A stretch of 47,353 bases of DNA from an uncultured Steroidobacteraceae bacterium (GTDB taxonomy: Bacteria > Chloroflexota > Limnocylindria > QHBO01), in assembly GCA_964469325.1 (NCBI GenBank), contig CAYXZN010000001.1, positions 1 to 47,353 of the forward strand. Direction: 5' to 3'. The position numbers and the translations under genes were made by a program. Position 1 is the first letter of the stretch; every line of letters begins with the position of its first letter. This document shows positions 8,646-16,559 of this stretch, in pieces. Under the pieces are notes generated by a model that was not told the DNA's origin, searched no databases, and saw only the letters and a list, made by a program, of their open reading frames with translations.

Positions 8646-10031
8646 CTACCACTCACACTCGTTGGGTGGCTCCCCCGGCGTGCAGTCGGCCGTGACGGCG
8701 ATCTCCTCGATGATCTCCAGCGCGCGCTCGGCGTCGAGGAGCACCGGGTCGCCGGTCGTTCCGTCCGCGTTGAACGGCGTGTAGGCCTGGACCACGTGGT
8801 TGACACCGCCATCGGTGTAGGTGCCCGAGCCGGTGATGCCCTCGTAGTCGATGTCCTGGCCCTCGCGAATCAGAGCCAGGCACTCGGCGTAGGTGTGGCA
8901 CACCTCGCCCGGCGCTTCGCCGACCTCGTGCATGGCCGGCGCCCAGTCACTCGCGTTGTACGAGCCTCCGTACTCGACGGCCAGCGCCGTCTGGACCAGG
9001 AGGTCGTAGGTCGAGAAGTGGTACAGGCCCGTCGCGTCCTCGTCGTTGTACGGCTCCGTGCTCGACCACAGCTCTGAGAAGAACTCCCAGGCGGGAGTCT
9101 GATCGTTGTACGAGAAGGCCGCGAACCCGATCCCCTCTTGTGAGGCGATGGGCTCCGTGCCGAGGGTGTTGATGAACTCTTCCTGGACCCAGCCGGTCTC
9201 GCCGATCCACTCCAGCGACAGGCCGGCCTCGGCCGCCTGCTTGATCAGGGTTGCCGACTCCACCGAGCCGGCCTGGACGATGACGGCGTCCGGCCCGAGG
9301 TCCGCGATCCGCTGCGCCTCGGCCCGGTAGGAGGGCTGCTCGGCTGGGACGTCGATCCGCGCGAGCACCTCGATGCCGACCGCCTCGGCCGCATTCTCGG
9401 CCGCGGCCGCCGCCAGCTGGAAGCCCTCCACCTGGGTTGCGAAGATCACGACCGACTCGGCGCCGATCGTCTCGGCGTACAGGATGCCGGACATTCCCAG
9501 CGCCTCATCGAGGCCCTGGGCGCGGAAGATCGGCTCCGCGGCCTTGCCGCCCAGGTTGCCGGGGATCGCCCCACCGTGGACCGACGGCCCGAGCGGGGAG
9601 TCGTTCTCCTGCCACCACTCGCTCATGAAGTCGCGGTACGTCCGGTACCCGTGAGCGATGCTCACCACGATCTCGGCCCCGTGCTGCTCCAAGCAGGTAC
9701 GAGCGGCCTGGGCCTCGCCCACCGTCCCGAGGTCCTCGTGGAAGAGCTCCCATGGTCGGCCGAGCGGTGGGTCGAGGTTGATCACCTCCTCGATTGGGAA
9801 GATCACGTCCTCGGTGAGGGATTGGCCGAACGCTCCGAACTCGCCTGTGTAGTACGCGAGCTCGCAGACCGCTACCGGGTCACCGGTCGGGTCACCGTTG
9901 CCGTCGCCCGGGCTTCCCGTGGCGTCCGGCGACGTCCCCGGCCCCGTGGGCGTCCCGCACGCGGTGGCGACCAGGGCCAGCACCGCCATCACGACCAGGA
10001 TGCGCCCCCGCTTCATATCCCCGATGCTCAC
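8646..10031 (-). CDS. ABC transporter substrate-binding lipoprotein, Leu/Ile/Val-binding-protein (type I PBP) family; ligand unknown
   Basis: 461 aa. The lipoprotein signal MKRGRILVVMAVLALVATACG is followed by a low-complexity linker. The body (ELAYYTGEFGAFG.., VVIFATQVEGFQ.., DAVIVQAGSVESATLIKQA) resembles Peripla_BP_6 proteins. It is the last gene of the LivHMGF-type operon. Confidence 0.75.
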   Translation of the reverse strand: MSIGDMKRGRILVVMAVLALVATACGTPTGPGTSPDATGSPGDGNGDPTGDPVAVCELAYYTGEFGAFGQSLTEDVIFPIEEVINLDPPLGRPWELFHEDLGTVGEAQAARTCLEQHGAEIVVSIAHGYRTYRDFMSEWWQENDSPLGPSVHGGAIPGNLGGKAAEPIFRAQGLDEALGMSGILYAETIGAESVVIFATQVEGFQLAAAAAENAAEAVGIEVLARIDVPAEQPSYRAEAQRIADLGPDAVIVQAGSVESATLIKQAAEAGLSLEWIGETGWVQEEFINTLGTEPIASQEGIGFAAFSYNDQTPAWEFFSELWSSTEPYNDEDATGLYHFSTYDLLVQTALAVEYGGSYNASDWAPAMHEVGEAPGEVCHTYAECLALIREGQDIDYEGITGSGTYTDGGVNHVVQAYTPFNADGTTGDPVLLDAERALEIIEEIAVTADCTPGEPPNECEW

Positions 10032-10083
10032 TGTGCTACCTCCTCCGGATGTGGTGCCTGTAGGTACGTCGCCAGGTACGTCG

Positions 10084-10800
10084 TCAAATCCTGTATCCCT
10101 CCTTGAGCTGCGTGGTCGTCACGTCGGCTGCGTTGAGGACGGCGAAAGCCTCGCCAAGGCTGAGGACCATCACCCGGTCGGCGACCTGGAGCGCCTTGGT
10201 GGCGTTCTGCTCGGCGAGGACGATCGCGACCCTTCTGGTCGCGCGGATCTCCCTGATCTTGTCGAAGAACGTCTCGACGTAGAGCGGCGACAGCCCGGCC
10301 GTGGGCTCGTCGAGCAGCAGCACCTTCGGGTCCTGCATCAGCGCTCGGGCGCAAGCCAGCATGCGCGACTCACCGCCGCTGAGCGTCCCCGCTCGTTGTG
10401 CCTGCCGGTCGCCCAGATCGGGGAACAGCTCGAAGACCTCGGCAACCCGCTCGTCACGAGGACGGTCACCGATCATCGCCCCGACGCTCAGGTTCTCGAG
10501 CACGGTGAGGTCGGGGAAGGTCCCCTTCTCCTGGGGCACGTAACCGATTCCCCGGCTGGCAGTCTCGTAGGGAGGCAGGCTGGACACGTCCTCGCCCTGA
10601 AACCGGATCCTGCCGGCGATGAGTGGGATGAGACGGGCCAGAGTCCCCAGCAGGGTCGTCTTTCCCGCACCGTTCGCCCCGAGGACGGCGAAGATCTCGT
10701 CGCTGACGGTGAAGTCCAGGCCCTTCAGGACGGTGACCCCGTCGTAGCCGCTCTGCATGCTCTCGACCTCGAGCGTGATCGAGCCCGCCGCCTCAGACAT
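10084..10800 (-). CDS. Branched-chain-amino-acid-type ABC transporter ATP-binding protein (LivF-like)
   Basis: 238 aa. Walker A GANGAGKTTLL, signature LSGGESRMLACARAL, Walker B LLLDEPTAGLSP. Confidence 0.88.
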   Translation of the reverse strand: MSEAAGSITLEVESMQSGYDGVTVLKGLDFTVSDEIFAVLGANGAGKTTLLGTLARLIPLIAGRIRFQGEDVSSLPPYETASRGIGYVPQEKGTFPDLTVLENLSVGAMIGDRPRDERVAEVFELFPDLGDRQAQRAGTLSGGESRMLACARALMQDPKVLLLDEPTAGLSPLYVETFFDKIREIRATRRVAIVLAEQNATKALQVADRVMVLSLGEAFAVLNAADVTTTQLKEGYRI

Positions 10801-11587
10801 GGCCCTCTCCCAGGTACTTCTCGATGACCGTCTTGTTCTCGCGAATCGTCTGGGGATCGCCCTTCAGGATCACCCTGCCCTCGGCCATGAAGGAGACTTC
10901 GTCGCAGAGGTTCCAGATCACGTCGAGGTCGTGCTCCACGATGACCACCGAGGTGCCGGCCGCGGCCAGGTCTCTGATCACCCTCATCACCTTCTCGGTC
11001 AGCTGGTCGGGGAGGCCGGCGGTCGGCTCGTCGAGCAGGAGAAAGGTGGGCTTGAGGAGCAGGCAGCGCACGATGTCCAGCAGCTTCTTCTCCCCAGCCG
11101 AGTTCGCGAACGCGGTTGGGTCAGAGAACCCGAAGTAGTCGAGCCGGTCACGGATCTCCGCCTCGTATCGCTCGAAGATGGTCCCCTCGCTGAAGATCCG
11201 ATACGGCTGCTCGTAGCGCGGCTCGGTGCCGGCGAGCAACAGCGAATCCCAGATCGTCAGCCTGTCGAAGTCGGTGATCACCTGGTTGCTCTTCACGACG
11301 CCGTGGTGCGCCATCCGATCGGTGGACAGCCTCGACAGGACGATCTCGCTCTGCCCAGCGGGGAGCAGCGATATCCTCCCGCGGTCCAGGGGAATCGAGT
11401 GCATGATCATCCGCATCAACGTCGTCTTGCCCGCGCCATTCGGGCCGATGAGGCCCTCGATCGGCCGGTCGCCGAGGACGAGCTCGTCGATGTCCACCAC
11501 GACCCGGCCCGAGAAGCTCTTGACCGCTTCCTCGATCCGGATCTGCGGTCCGGTCACCGCCACCGCCTCGACGACGTCAACGGCCAT
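10793..11587 (-). CDS. Branched-chain-amino-acid-type ABC transporter ATP-binding protein (LivG-like)
   Basis: 264 aa. Walker A GPNGAGKTTLMRMI, signature-like SAGEKKLLDIVRCL, Walker B LLLDEPTAGL. It overlaps the downstream ATPase gene by 8 nt. Confidence 0.85.
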   Translation of the reverse strand: MAVDVVEAVAVTGPQIRIEEAVKSFSGRVVVDIDELVLGDRPIEGLIGPNGAGKTTLMRMIMHSIPLDRGRISLLPAGQSEIVLSRLSTDRMAHHGVVKSNQVITDFDRLTIWDSLLLAGTEPRYEQPYRIFSEGTIFERYEAEIRDRLDYFGFSDPTAFANSAGEKKLLDIVRCLLLKPTFLLLDEPTAGLPDQLTEKVMRVIRDLAAAGTSVVIVEHDLDVIWNLCDEVSFMAEGRVILKGDPQTIRENKTVIEKYLGEGHV

Positions 11588-12527
11588 GCATGCTCCTCAT
11601 CAGTCGGTCGCGTCGCATCTCGCCGAGCACACCCAGCGGGCGGAACAGCAGGACGACGATCAGCGCCGCCCCGAAGACCGCCTCGCGGAGCACGGGGATC
11701 GCCTGCGTGTACCACTCGCGGGGGAGCGGGAGGTAGGACTGGACGACGATGTCGAAGAGGCCCACGGTGAGGAAGACGCCGATCACCGCTCCCCAGACGC
11801 GCGCTGTGCCGCCGAGCACCAGCCCCACGATCGCGGCCAGGGTGATGTCGACCCCGAGGTTGGAGATCTCCAGGAAGCGAACCATCACCCCGAACATCGC
11901 GCCGAGCAGCCCCATCGCCGCAGAGGTGACCGCGAAGAGCCAGAGCTTGGTCCGGTAGGTCGGCTTCCCCAGGCTCCGCGCCAGGGGCTCGTTGGCGCCC
12001 ACGGCGATCAGGAGGCGACCGTACGGGGAGCGGTGCACCCTCCAGACGAAGAACAGGATGGCGCCGACGATGGCGGACAAGATGACGAGCCAGGCGAACT
12101 CGTTGGCCTTGACCGTCCCGAGGTGGTACGGGAAGCCGAGCCCGCCCATCCCGAGCGCGCCGCCGGTGAGGTCCTGCTGGGTTGTGGCCAGGATGAGAAC
12201 GGCGGCGGCAAAGCCGAGCGTCCCGACCAGCATGCCGTCAATGTCCAGGTCGGCGATCAGCCACCCGATCAGCAGACCGGACAGGCCGGCCACGGCCGTC
12301 GCGATGGTGGCGCAGACCAGGAACTGCCAGGGGTCGCCGAACGGCCAGTCCACCTGCACGTACGTGACGCCAAAGGCGTACATCCCGATGCCCCAGAAGC
12401 CCACGACGCCGAAGTTCGCGATCCGCGCAAGCCCGAGCTGCAAGTGAAGCAGCAACGCCAGGCCGATCACCATCACCACCTCGAAGAGGCCGGAGATGAG
12501 GAAGGCGTCGATCCAGTCGAGGGTCAT
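11577..12527 (-). CDS. Branched-chain-amino-acid-type ABC transporter permease (LivM-like)
   Basis: 316 aa and polytopic. The sequence GLARIANFGVVGFWGIGMYA.. is typical of BPD_transp_2 LivM-type permeases. Confidence 0.82.
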   Translation of the reverse strand: MTLDWIDAFLISGLFEVVMVIGLALLLHLQLGLARIANFGVVGFWGIGMYAFGVTYVQVDWPFGDPWQFLVCATIATAVAGLSGLLIGWLIADLDIDGMLVGTLGFAAAVLILATTQQDLTGGALGMGGLGFPYHLGTVKANEFAWLVILSAIVGAILFFVWRVHRSPYGRLLIAVGANEPLARSLGKPTYRTKLWLFAVTSAAMGLLGAMFGVMVRFLEISNLGVDITLAAIVGLVLGGTARVWGAVIGVFLTVGLFDIVVQSYLPLPREWYTQAIPVLREAVFGAALIVVLLFRPLGVLGEMRRDRLMRSMHGR

Positions 12528-12531
12528 GCCA

Positions 12532-13404
12532 TTACACCTTCGCCGCCTCGGTGAGCCGCCGACCGCGCACCTTCAGGATGACGAGAAAGGCGACGATGAG
12601 CGCGAGCTGGGCGTACAGCACCTGGCCGAACTGGAGCGACATGGCTGCCAGCGCCACGCCGGTCGCCACCCCAACCGCGATCACGCCCCGGAGTCCCCAG
12701 ATTCCGCCCACCAGGACCACCAGCAAGATGACGAGGAACTGTCGCCAACCGAGCAGGGGCGCTACGGACGATCCGACGCCGTAGAACGCGCCCGCCAGCC
12801 CGCCGGCCACCCCCGCAATGAACCAGATCAGCACGGTGACGGTCAGCGGCCGAATGCCGCTCGCCTGTGCCAGCGCCTCGTCGCTGGCGAGCGCCCTGAT
12901 CTGCAGGCCGTAGCTCGAGCGCTGGATGAACCAGTACAGCAGCAGCGCGAGCACGGCGACGCTGGCGATGGCGAGGAGTCGGAACGAGGTCACCCCGACG
13001 CCGAGCACCATCAGCGTTTCCGGCGGCGGGACGTCAAAGAATCGGACCGGGTAGCCGAACACGAACTGCAGGCCATGCCGCAGGAAGATCGACAGGCCGA
13101 AGGAGATGATGATCATCTCCAGCAGGCCCACGTTGCGCAGCTTGGCCGGCCGGAAGATGACGAGGTAGGTGGCGACGCTCACCAGACCTGCCAGCAGCCC
13201 GGCCGGGACCAGAGAGGTATAGAAGTCGACGCCGAAGGTGGTGTTGGTCCACATGCCGAAGTAGGCGCCGAGCGTGATCGTTTCCGAGTACGCCACGTTG
13301 ATGAGGCCGGTGAGCCGGTAGAGCAGGGCGAAGCCGATCGCGGCAAGGACCAGGGGTGCATGCTCGGTGAGGCCGATCAGGAGGGCCCGGGTGACGAAAT
13401 CCAT
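12532..13404 (-). CDS. Branched-chain-amino-acid-type ABC transporter permease (LivH-like)
   Basis: 290 aa and polytopic. The sequence YRLTGLINVAYSETITLGAYF.. is LivH-like. It is the first gene of the transporter operon. Confidence 0.82.
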   Translation of the reverse strand: MDFVTRALLIGLTEHAPLVLAAIGFALLYRLTGLINVAYSETITLGAYFGMWTNTTFGVDFYTSLVPAGLLAGLVSVATYLVIFRPAKLRNVGLLEMIIISFGLSIFLRHGLQFVFGYPVRFFDVPPPETLMVLGVGVTSFRLLAIASVAVLALLLYWFIQRSSYGLQIRALASDEALAQASGIRPLTVTVLIWFIAGVAGGLAGAFYGVGSSVAPLLGWRQFLVILLVVLVGGIWGLRGVIAVGVATGVALAAMSLQFGQVLYAQLALIVAFLVILKVRGRRLTEAAKV

Positions 13405-13622
13405 CAGCCATCGCCCCTCGCCATCAGGTCGTCAACCCGCATCCGGGTGCGACACGGCCCGGAGGCGGTCACCTCGCGGAGTTGGCTCACGTACGAGCGT
13501 TCCGTACTCGTTGGTGCGGAGTCCGGCTCTCGGTCCGTCCGGGAGCTGTCGGCGTCGGCACAGGGCAACTCTCCACGCTGCGGGCTGTCGGCCCGACCGG
13601 TTCGGGACGTGGGCTCGGCTCT

Positions 13623-13672
13623 TCGATAATCGATTGTCGATGACGATAGGCTGTCGGGGAGGGCCCAGTCAA
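13623..13672 (-). promoter_or_regulatory. Leftward promoter (TTGACT-N18-TATCGT) fused to a 26-nt TCGAT-heptad operator (box 1, copy A)
   Basis: Box TCGATAATCGATTGTCGATGACGATA at 13623..13648 is identical 26/26 to 26959..26984. Read on the minus strand, the -35 TTGACT is at 13672..13667 and the -10 TATCGT at 13648..13643 with an 18-nt spacer, so the box starts at the -10 and covers the expected start site. It faces the LivH-like operon. Confidence 0.55.
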
Positions 13673-13689
13673 GGCCCGAGGCTCGGCGG

Positions 13690-13733
13690 TTGACTGGCAC
13701 CCCGGCCGTCCCGTATCCTCGATAATCGATGAT
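13690..13733 (+). promoter_or_regulatory. Rightward promoter (TTGACT-N18-TATCCT) fused to a 15-nt operator TCGATAATCGATGAT (box 2, copy A)
   Basis: The -35 TTGACT is at 13690..13695 and the -10 TATCCT at 13714..13719. The final T of the -10 is the first base of TCGATAATCGATGAT (13719..13733), which is identical 15/15 to 27073..27087. The SDR start codon lies 38 nt downstream. Confidence 0.55.
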
Positions 13734-13770
13734 AACCGACGCGTCGCAGCGGTCGTAGCACCATGACGCA

Positions 13771-14562
13771 GTGGCAGTGAGCCGGCTGGACGCGTTTCGC
13801 CTTGACGGGCGGGCGGCCATCGTTCCCGGCGGCGGGGGAGCCATCGGTTCCGCCATAGCCGCGGCGCTGGCATCGGTCGGCGCCGACGTGGCGGTGGTCG
13901 GCCGGTCCAGGGAGCGCCTCGAAGCGGCAGCTGCGGGGATCGAGCAGGCCGGCGGACGCAGCCTCGTCCTCCCCGGTGACGTGACGGTGGACGAAGACGC
14001 CAGGCGGGTCGTCGCCGAGACCGTCGATCGTTTCGGCCGGCTGGACATCATCGTGAACGCGGTGGGCGGCGGCGCCGGCAAGGTGCTCTACCCCGCCGAG
14101 GAGTACCCGCGCGACGCGTGGGACTGGATCATGGAGCTGAACGTGCGCTCCACCCTGCTGCCAACGCAGGCCGCAGTCGGGGCCATGGTGGCTGCCGGGC
14201 GGGGAGGGCGGGTGCTGAACATCAGCTCGGTGCGCGCCTCGCTGGGTATCAACGCAGGCTACTCGGCCTACGTCGCGGCGAAGGGCGCCATCAGCGCCCT
14301 GACCCGGCAGTGGGCGACGGAGTGGGCGAAGCACGGGATCACCGTGAACGCCATATCGCCCACGTTCGTCGACACGCCGCAGGTCGCCATGCTGCTCGGC
14401 GACCCGGAGTTCAGGGCCAATATCGTGAACCGCATCCCGCTCGGCCGCGTGGGCGGAACCGACGACCTCACCGGCGCCGCCATCTTCTTCTGCTCGGACG
14501 CCGCCTCGTTCGTGACGGGCCAGATCCTGGGCATCGACGGCGGGCTGACCGCCACGCAGTAG
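13771..14562 (+). CDS. Short-chain dehydrogenase/reductase (SDR) family oxidoreductase
   Basis: 263 aa. Cofactor loop GGGGAIGSAIAAAL, NAVG motif, catalytic S..YSAYVAAK (YxxxK), and C-terminal FVTGQILGIDGG. The start is GTG at 13771, with GTG at 13777 as an alternative. Confidence 0.88.
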   Translation: MAVSRLDAFRLDGRAAIVPGGGGAIGSAIAAALASVGADVAVVGRSRERLEAAAAGIEQAGGRSLVLPGDVTVDEDARRVVAETVDRFGRLDIIVNAVGGGAGKVLYPAEEYPRDAWDWIMELNVRSTLLPTQAAVGAMVAAGRGGRVLNISSVRASLGINAGYSAYVAAKGAISALTRQWATEWAKHGITVNAISPTFVDTPQVAMLLGDPEFRANIVNRIPLGRVGGTDDLTGAAIFFCSDAASFVTGQILGIDGGLTATQ

Positions 14563-14579
14563 CAACGAGGAGCGTCCTC

Positions 14580-15446
14580 ATGCAGAGGGTGACCGACAAC
14601 GTCTGCACCGATACCACCCTGCGGGGCTGCAACCCGAGCTACGTCGTCACGCGTGACGGCGTGGTGGTCATCGACACGCCGCAGCTGCCGACCAGGGCGG
14701 TTGCCATGCGCAAGGAGGCGGAGGCGCAGGGGCCGATTCGCTTCCTGATCAACACCGAGCACCACGTCGACCACATCTTCGGCAACTACTTCTTCAAGGG
14801 GGCCGGCACGGTGGTCAACCACCGGGGGCTGTACGAGAACTTCATGGTGCCCACTTCCGACCTCGATCCCTACGAGTACGCGAAGGAGGCGATCCCGACC
14901 GACGATCCAGAAGGTGCGTCCATCTTTCCCGAGCGGGACGGGTACTACGCCGATCCCAACAAGGGGAAGATCGTCTTCACCGGTGACCTGATGCTCCGCG
15001 TCGGCGAGCACACCTTCCACCTGCTGCACACGCCCGGGCACACGCCAGGACAGCTGGCCGTCCACGTACCCGAGGAGCGGGTGGCCTTCACCGGGGACAC
15101 GATCTTCAACGAGTGCCAGACGTGGCTGATGACCTCGAACGTCGACGAGTGGCTGGTGGCGCTCGACCGGATCAAGGCGCTGGACGTCGACCACGTCGTC
15201 CCCGGTCATGGCCCGGTGACCACGCTGGACTACCTCGACACCCAGCGGGCCGTGCTCCTCGAATGGAAGGCGGCCGTGGCGGCCGCGATCGCGAAGGGCT
15301 GGAGCCGTGAGGAGACGATCGAGCGCGTGAGCTTCGCCGATCGCTACCCGGTCGACGTGGGGCAGGGATACATGATGGACCACATCCAGACGCTCAACGC
15401 CGGCTCGCTGTACGACAAGCTCACCGCCGTCCCCGCGAAGGGCTGA
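14580..15446 (+). CDS. Metallo-beta-lactamase-fold hydrolase
   Basis: The real start is ATG 14580 (MQRVTDNV..) inside track ORF 14118..15446, preceded by the RBS GAGGAG. The HxHxDH motif appears as NTEHHVDHIFG; later metal ligands are HTPGHTPG and VVPGHGP. Confidence 0.85.
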   Translation: MQRVTDNVCTDTTLRGCNPSYVVTRDGVVVIDTPQLPTRAVAMRKEAEAQGPIRFLINTEHHVDHIFGNYFFKGAGTVVNHRGLYENFMVPTSDLDPYEYAKEAIPTDDPEGASIFPERDGYYADPNKGKIVFTGDLMLRVGEHTFHLLHTPGHTPGQLAVHVPEERVAFTGDTIFNECQTWLMTSNVDEWLVALDRIKALDVDHVVPGHGPVTTLDYLDTQRAVLLEWKAAVAAAIAKGWSREETIERVSFADRYPVDVGQGYMMDHIQTLNAGSLYDKLTAVPAKG

Positions 15447-15457
15447 GGGTGGCCGGA

Positions 15458-16516
15458 ATGTCAACCTCGACCATGGAGGCGCTCGTCGTCGTCGAGCCGC
15501 AGCGCCTGGAGATCCAGCAGGTCCCGATTCCCGAGCCTGGCCCCAACGAGGTGCTGGCACGCGTGCGCGCCGTCTCGATCTGCGGGACCGATGCGCACCT
15601 GATCCACGGCGACTACGCCGGCTTCTGGCCGCCCAGCTTCCCGTTCGTGCCGGGGCACGAATGGGCCGGGGAGATCGTGTCCCTGGGTTCGGGCGCCGAG
15701 CGCCTGGGCTGGAAGGTGGGGGACCGCGTGGCCGGAACCTCGCATGACGCGTGCGGGGTGTGCCAGAAGTGCGTCGAGGGTCGCTACAACCTGTGCGAGA
15801 ACTACGGCAAGGAGGGCCTGCACCGCCAGTACGGCCACAACTACCAGGGCGCCGACGCGACCTACGTGGTGCAGGGAGTGAAGTCGATCTTCCGCCTGCC
15901 CGACGCGCTGAGCTTTGCCGAAGGTGCCCTGGTTGACCCCGCCTCGATCGCGCTCCACGTGGCGAATCGCGGGGGAGTGCAGCCCGGTGACACGGTGGCC
16001 ATCACCGGTGCCGGCGCGATCGGCCTGCTGGGGGGCGACGCGGCGCGTATCCGGGGTGCCGGGCGCGTGATCGTGGTTGGGCGCGGCCGGCGCCTGGACA
16101 AGGCCGCCGCTCTCGGCTTCGAGACGGTCGACTCCACCGCCGGCGATCCGGCGGCCGCGGTGCGCGAGCTGACCGACGGGCTGGGCGCCGACGTGGTGCT
16201 CGAGTGCGCAGGCGTGCCGGAGACGACGGTATGGGCCCTGGAGATGCTGCGTCGCGGCGGCCGGTGCGCGGTGGTCGGGATTCCCACCGTCCCGGTGGAG
16301 ATTCCGCTTCAGAGGCTGGTGCTGGACGAGCTGGAGCTGGTCGGGTGCCGCGCGTCTGCCGGGGAGATGCGCCGGGTCATGCCCCACGTCGAGCAGGGCC
16401 GGATGCGCGTCCGGGAGGTGATCACGCACCGCTTCCCGCTGGCCCAGTACCAGCAGGCCATCGACACCTTCAACGACAAGGCGAGCGGCGCGATCAAGAT
16501 CATCGTCGAGCCCTGA
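15458..16516 (+). CDS. Zn-dependent medium-chain alcohol/polyol dehydrogenase (sorbitol/threonine dehydrogenase-like)
   Basis: The catalytic-Zn region is ICGTDAHLIHGD..PFVPGHEWAGEIV. The structural-Zn Cys cluster is CGVCQKCVEGRYNLC. The Rossmann loop is ITGAGAIGLL. The track start is GTG 15449, but ATG 15458 has better spacing to GAGGGTGG. Confidence 0.88.
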   Translation: MSTSTMEALVVVEPQRLEIQQVPIPEPGPNEVLARVRAVSICGTDAHLIHGDYAGFWPPSFPFVPGHEWAGEIVSLGSGAERLGWKVGDRVAGTSHDACGVCQKCVEGRYNLCENYGKEGLHRQYGHNYQGADATYVVQGVKSIFRLPDALSFAEGALVDPASIALHVANRGGVQPGDTVAITGAGAIGLLGGDAARIRGAGRVIVVGRGRRLDKAAALGFETVDSTAGDPAAAVRELTDGLGADVVLECAGVPETTVWALEMLRRGGRCAVVGIPTVPVEIPLQRLVLDELELVGCRASAGEMRRVMPHVEQGRMRVREVITHRFPLAQYQQAIDTFNDKASGAIKIIVEP

Positions 16517-16559
16517 GCGCCCCCCGTTGCGGCCGGAGGCGCTCCTCGGCGCCGGCGCC

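Noticed and set aside
8646-13404. Naming the ABC importer livKHMGF (branched-chain amino-acid specific)
   Set aside because: The family assignment is solid, but this binding-protein family also takes amides, aromatic acids and other ligands. The operon is under the TCGAT operator with non-amino-acid enzymes, so substrate-specific gene symbols are not justified.
13405-13770. A tRNA, small RNA gene or mobile-element remnant in the long AT-richer intergenic regions (13405..13770, 26639..27132, 6012..6299)
   Set aside because: I found no cloverleaf-compatible sequence (no GTTCGAATC-like T-arm), no terminal inverted repeats or target duplications, and no transposase fragments. The AT-rich patches are better explained as promoter/operator modules.
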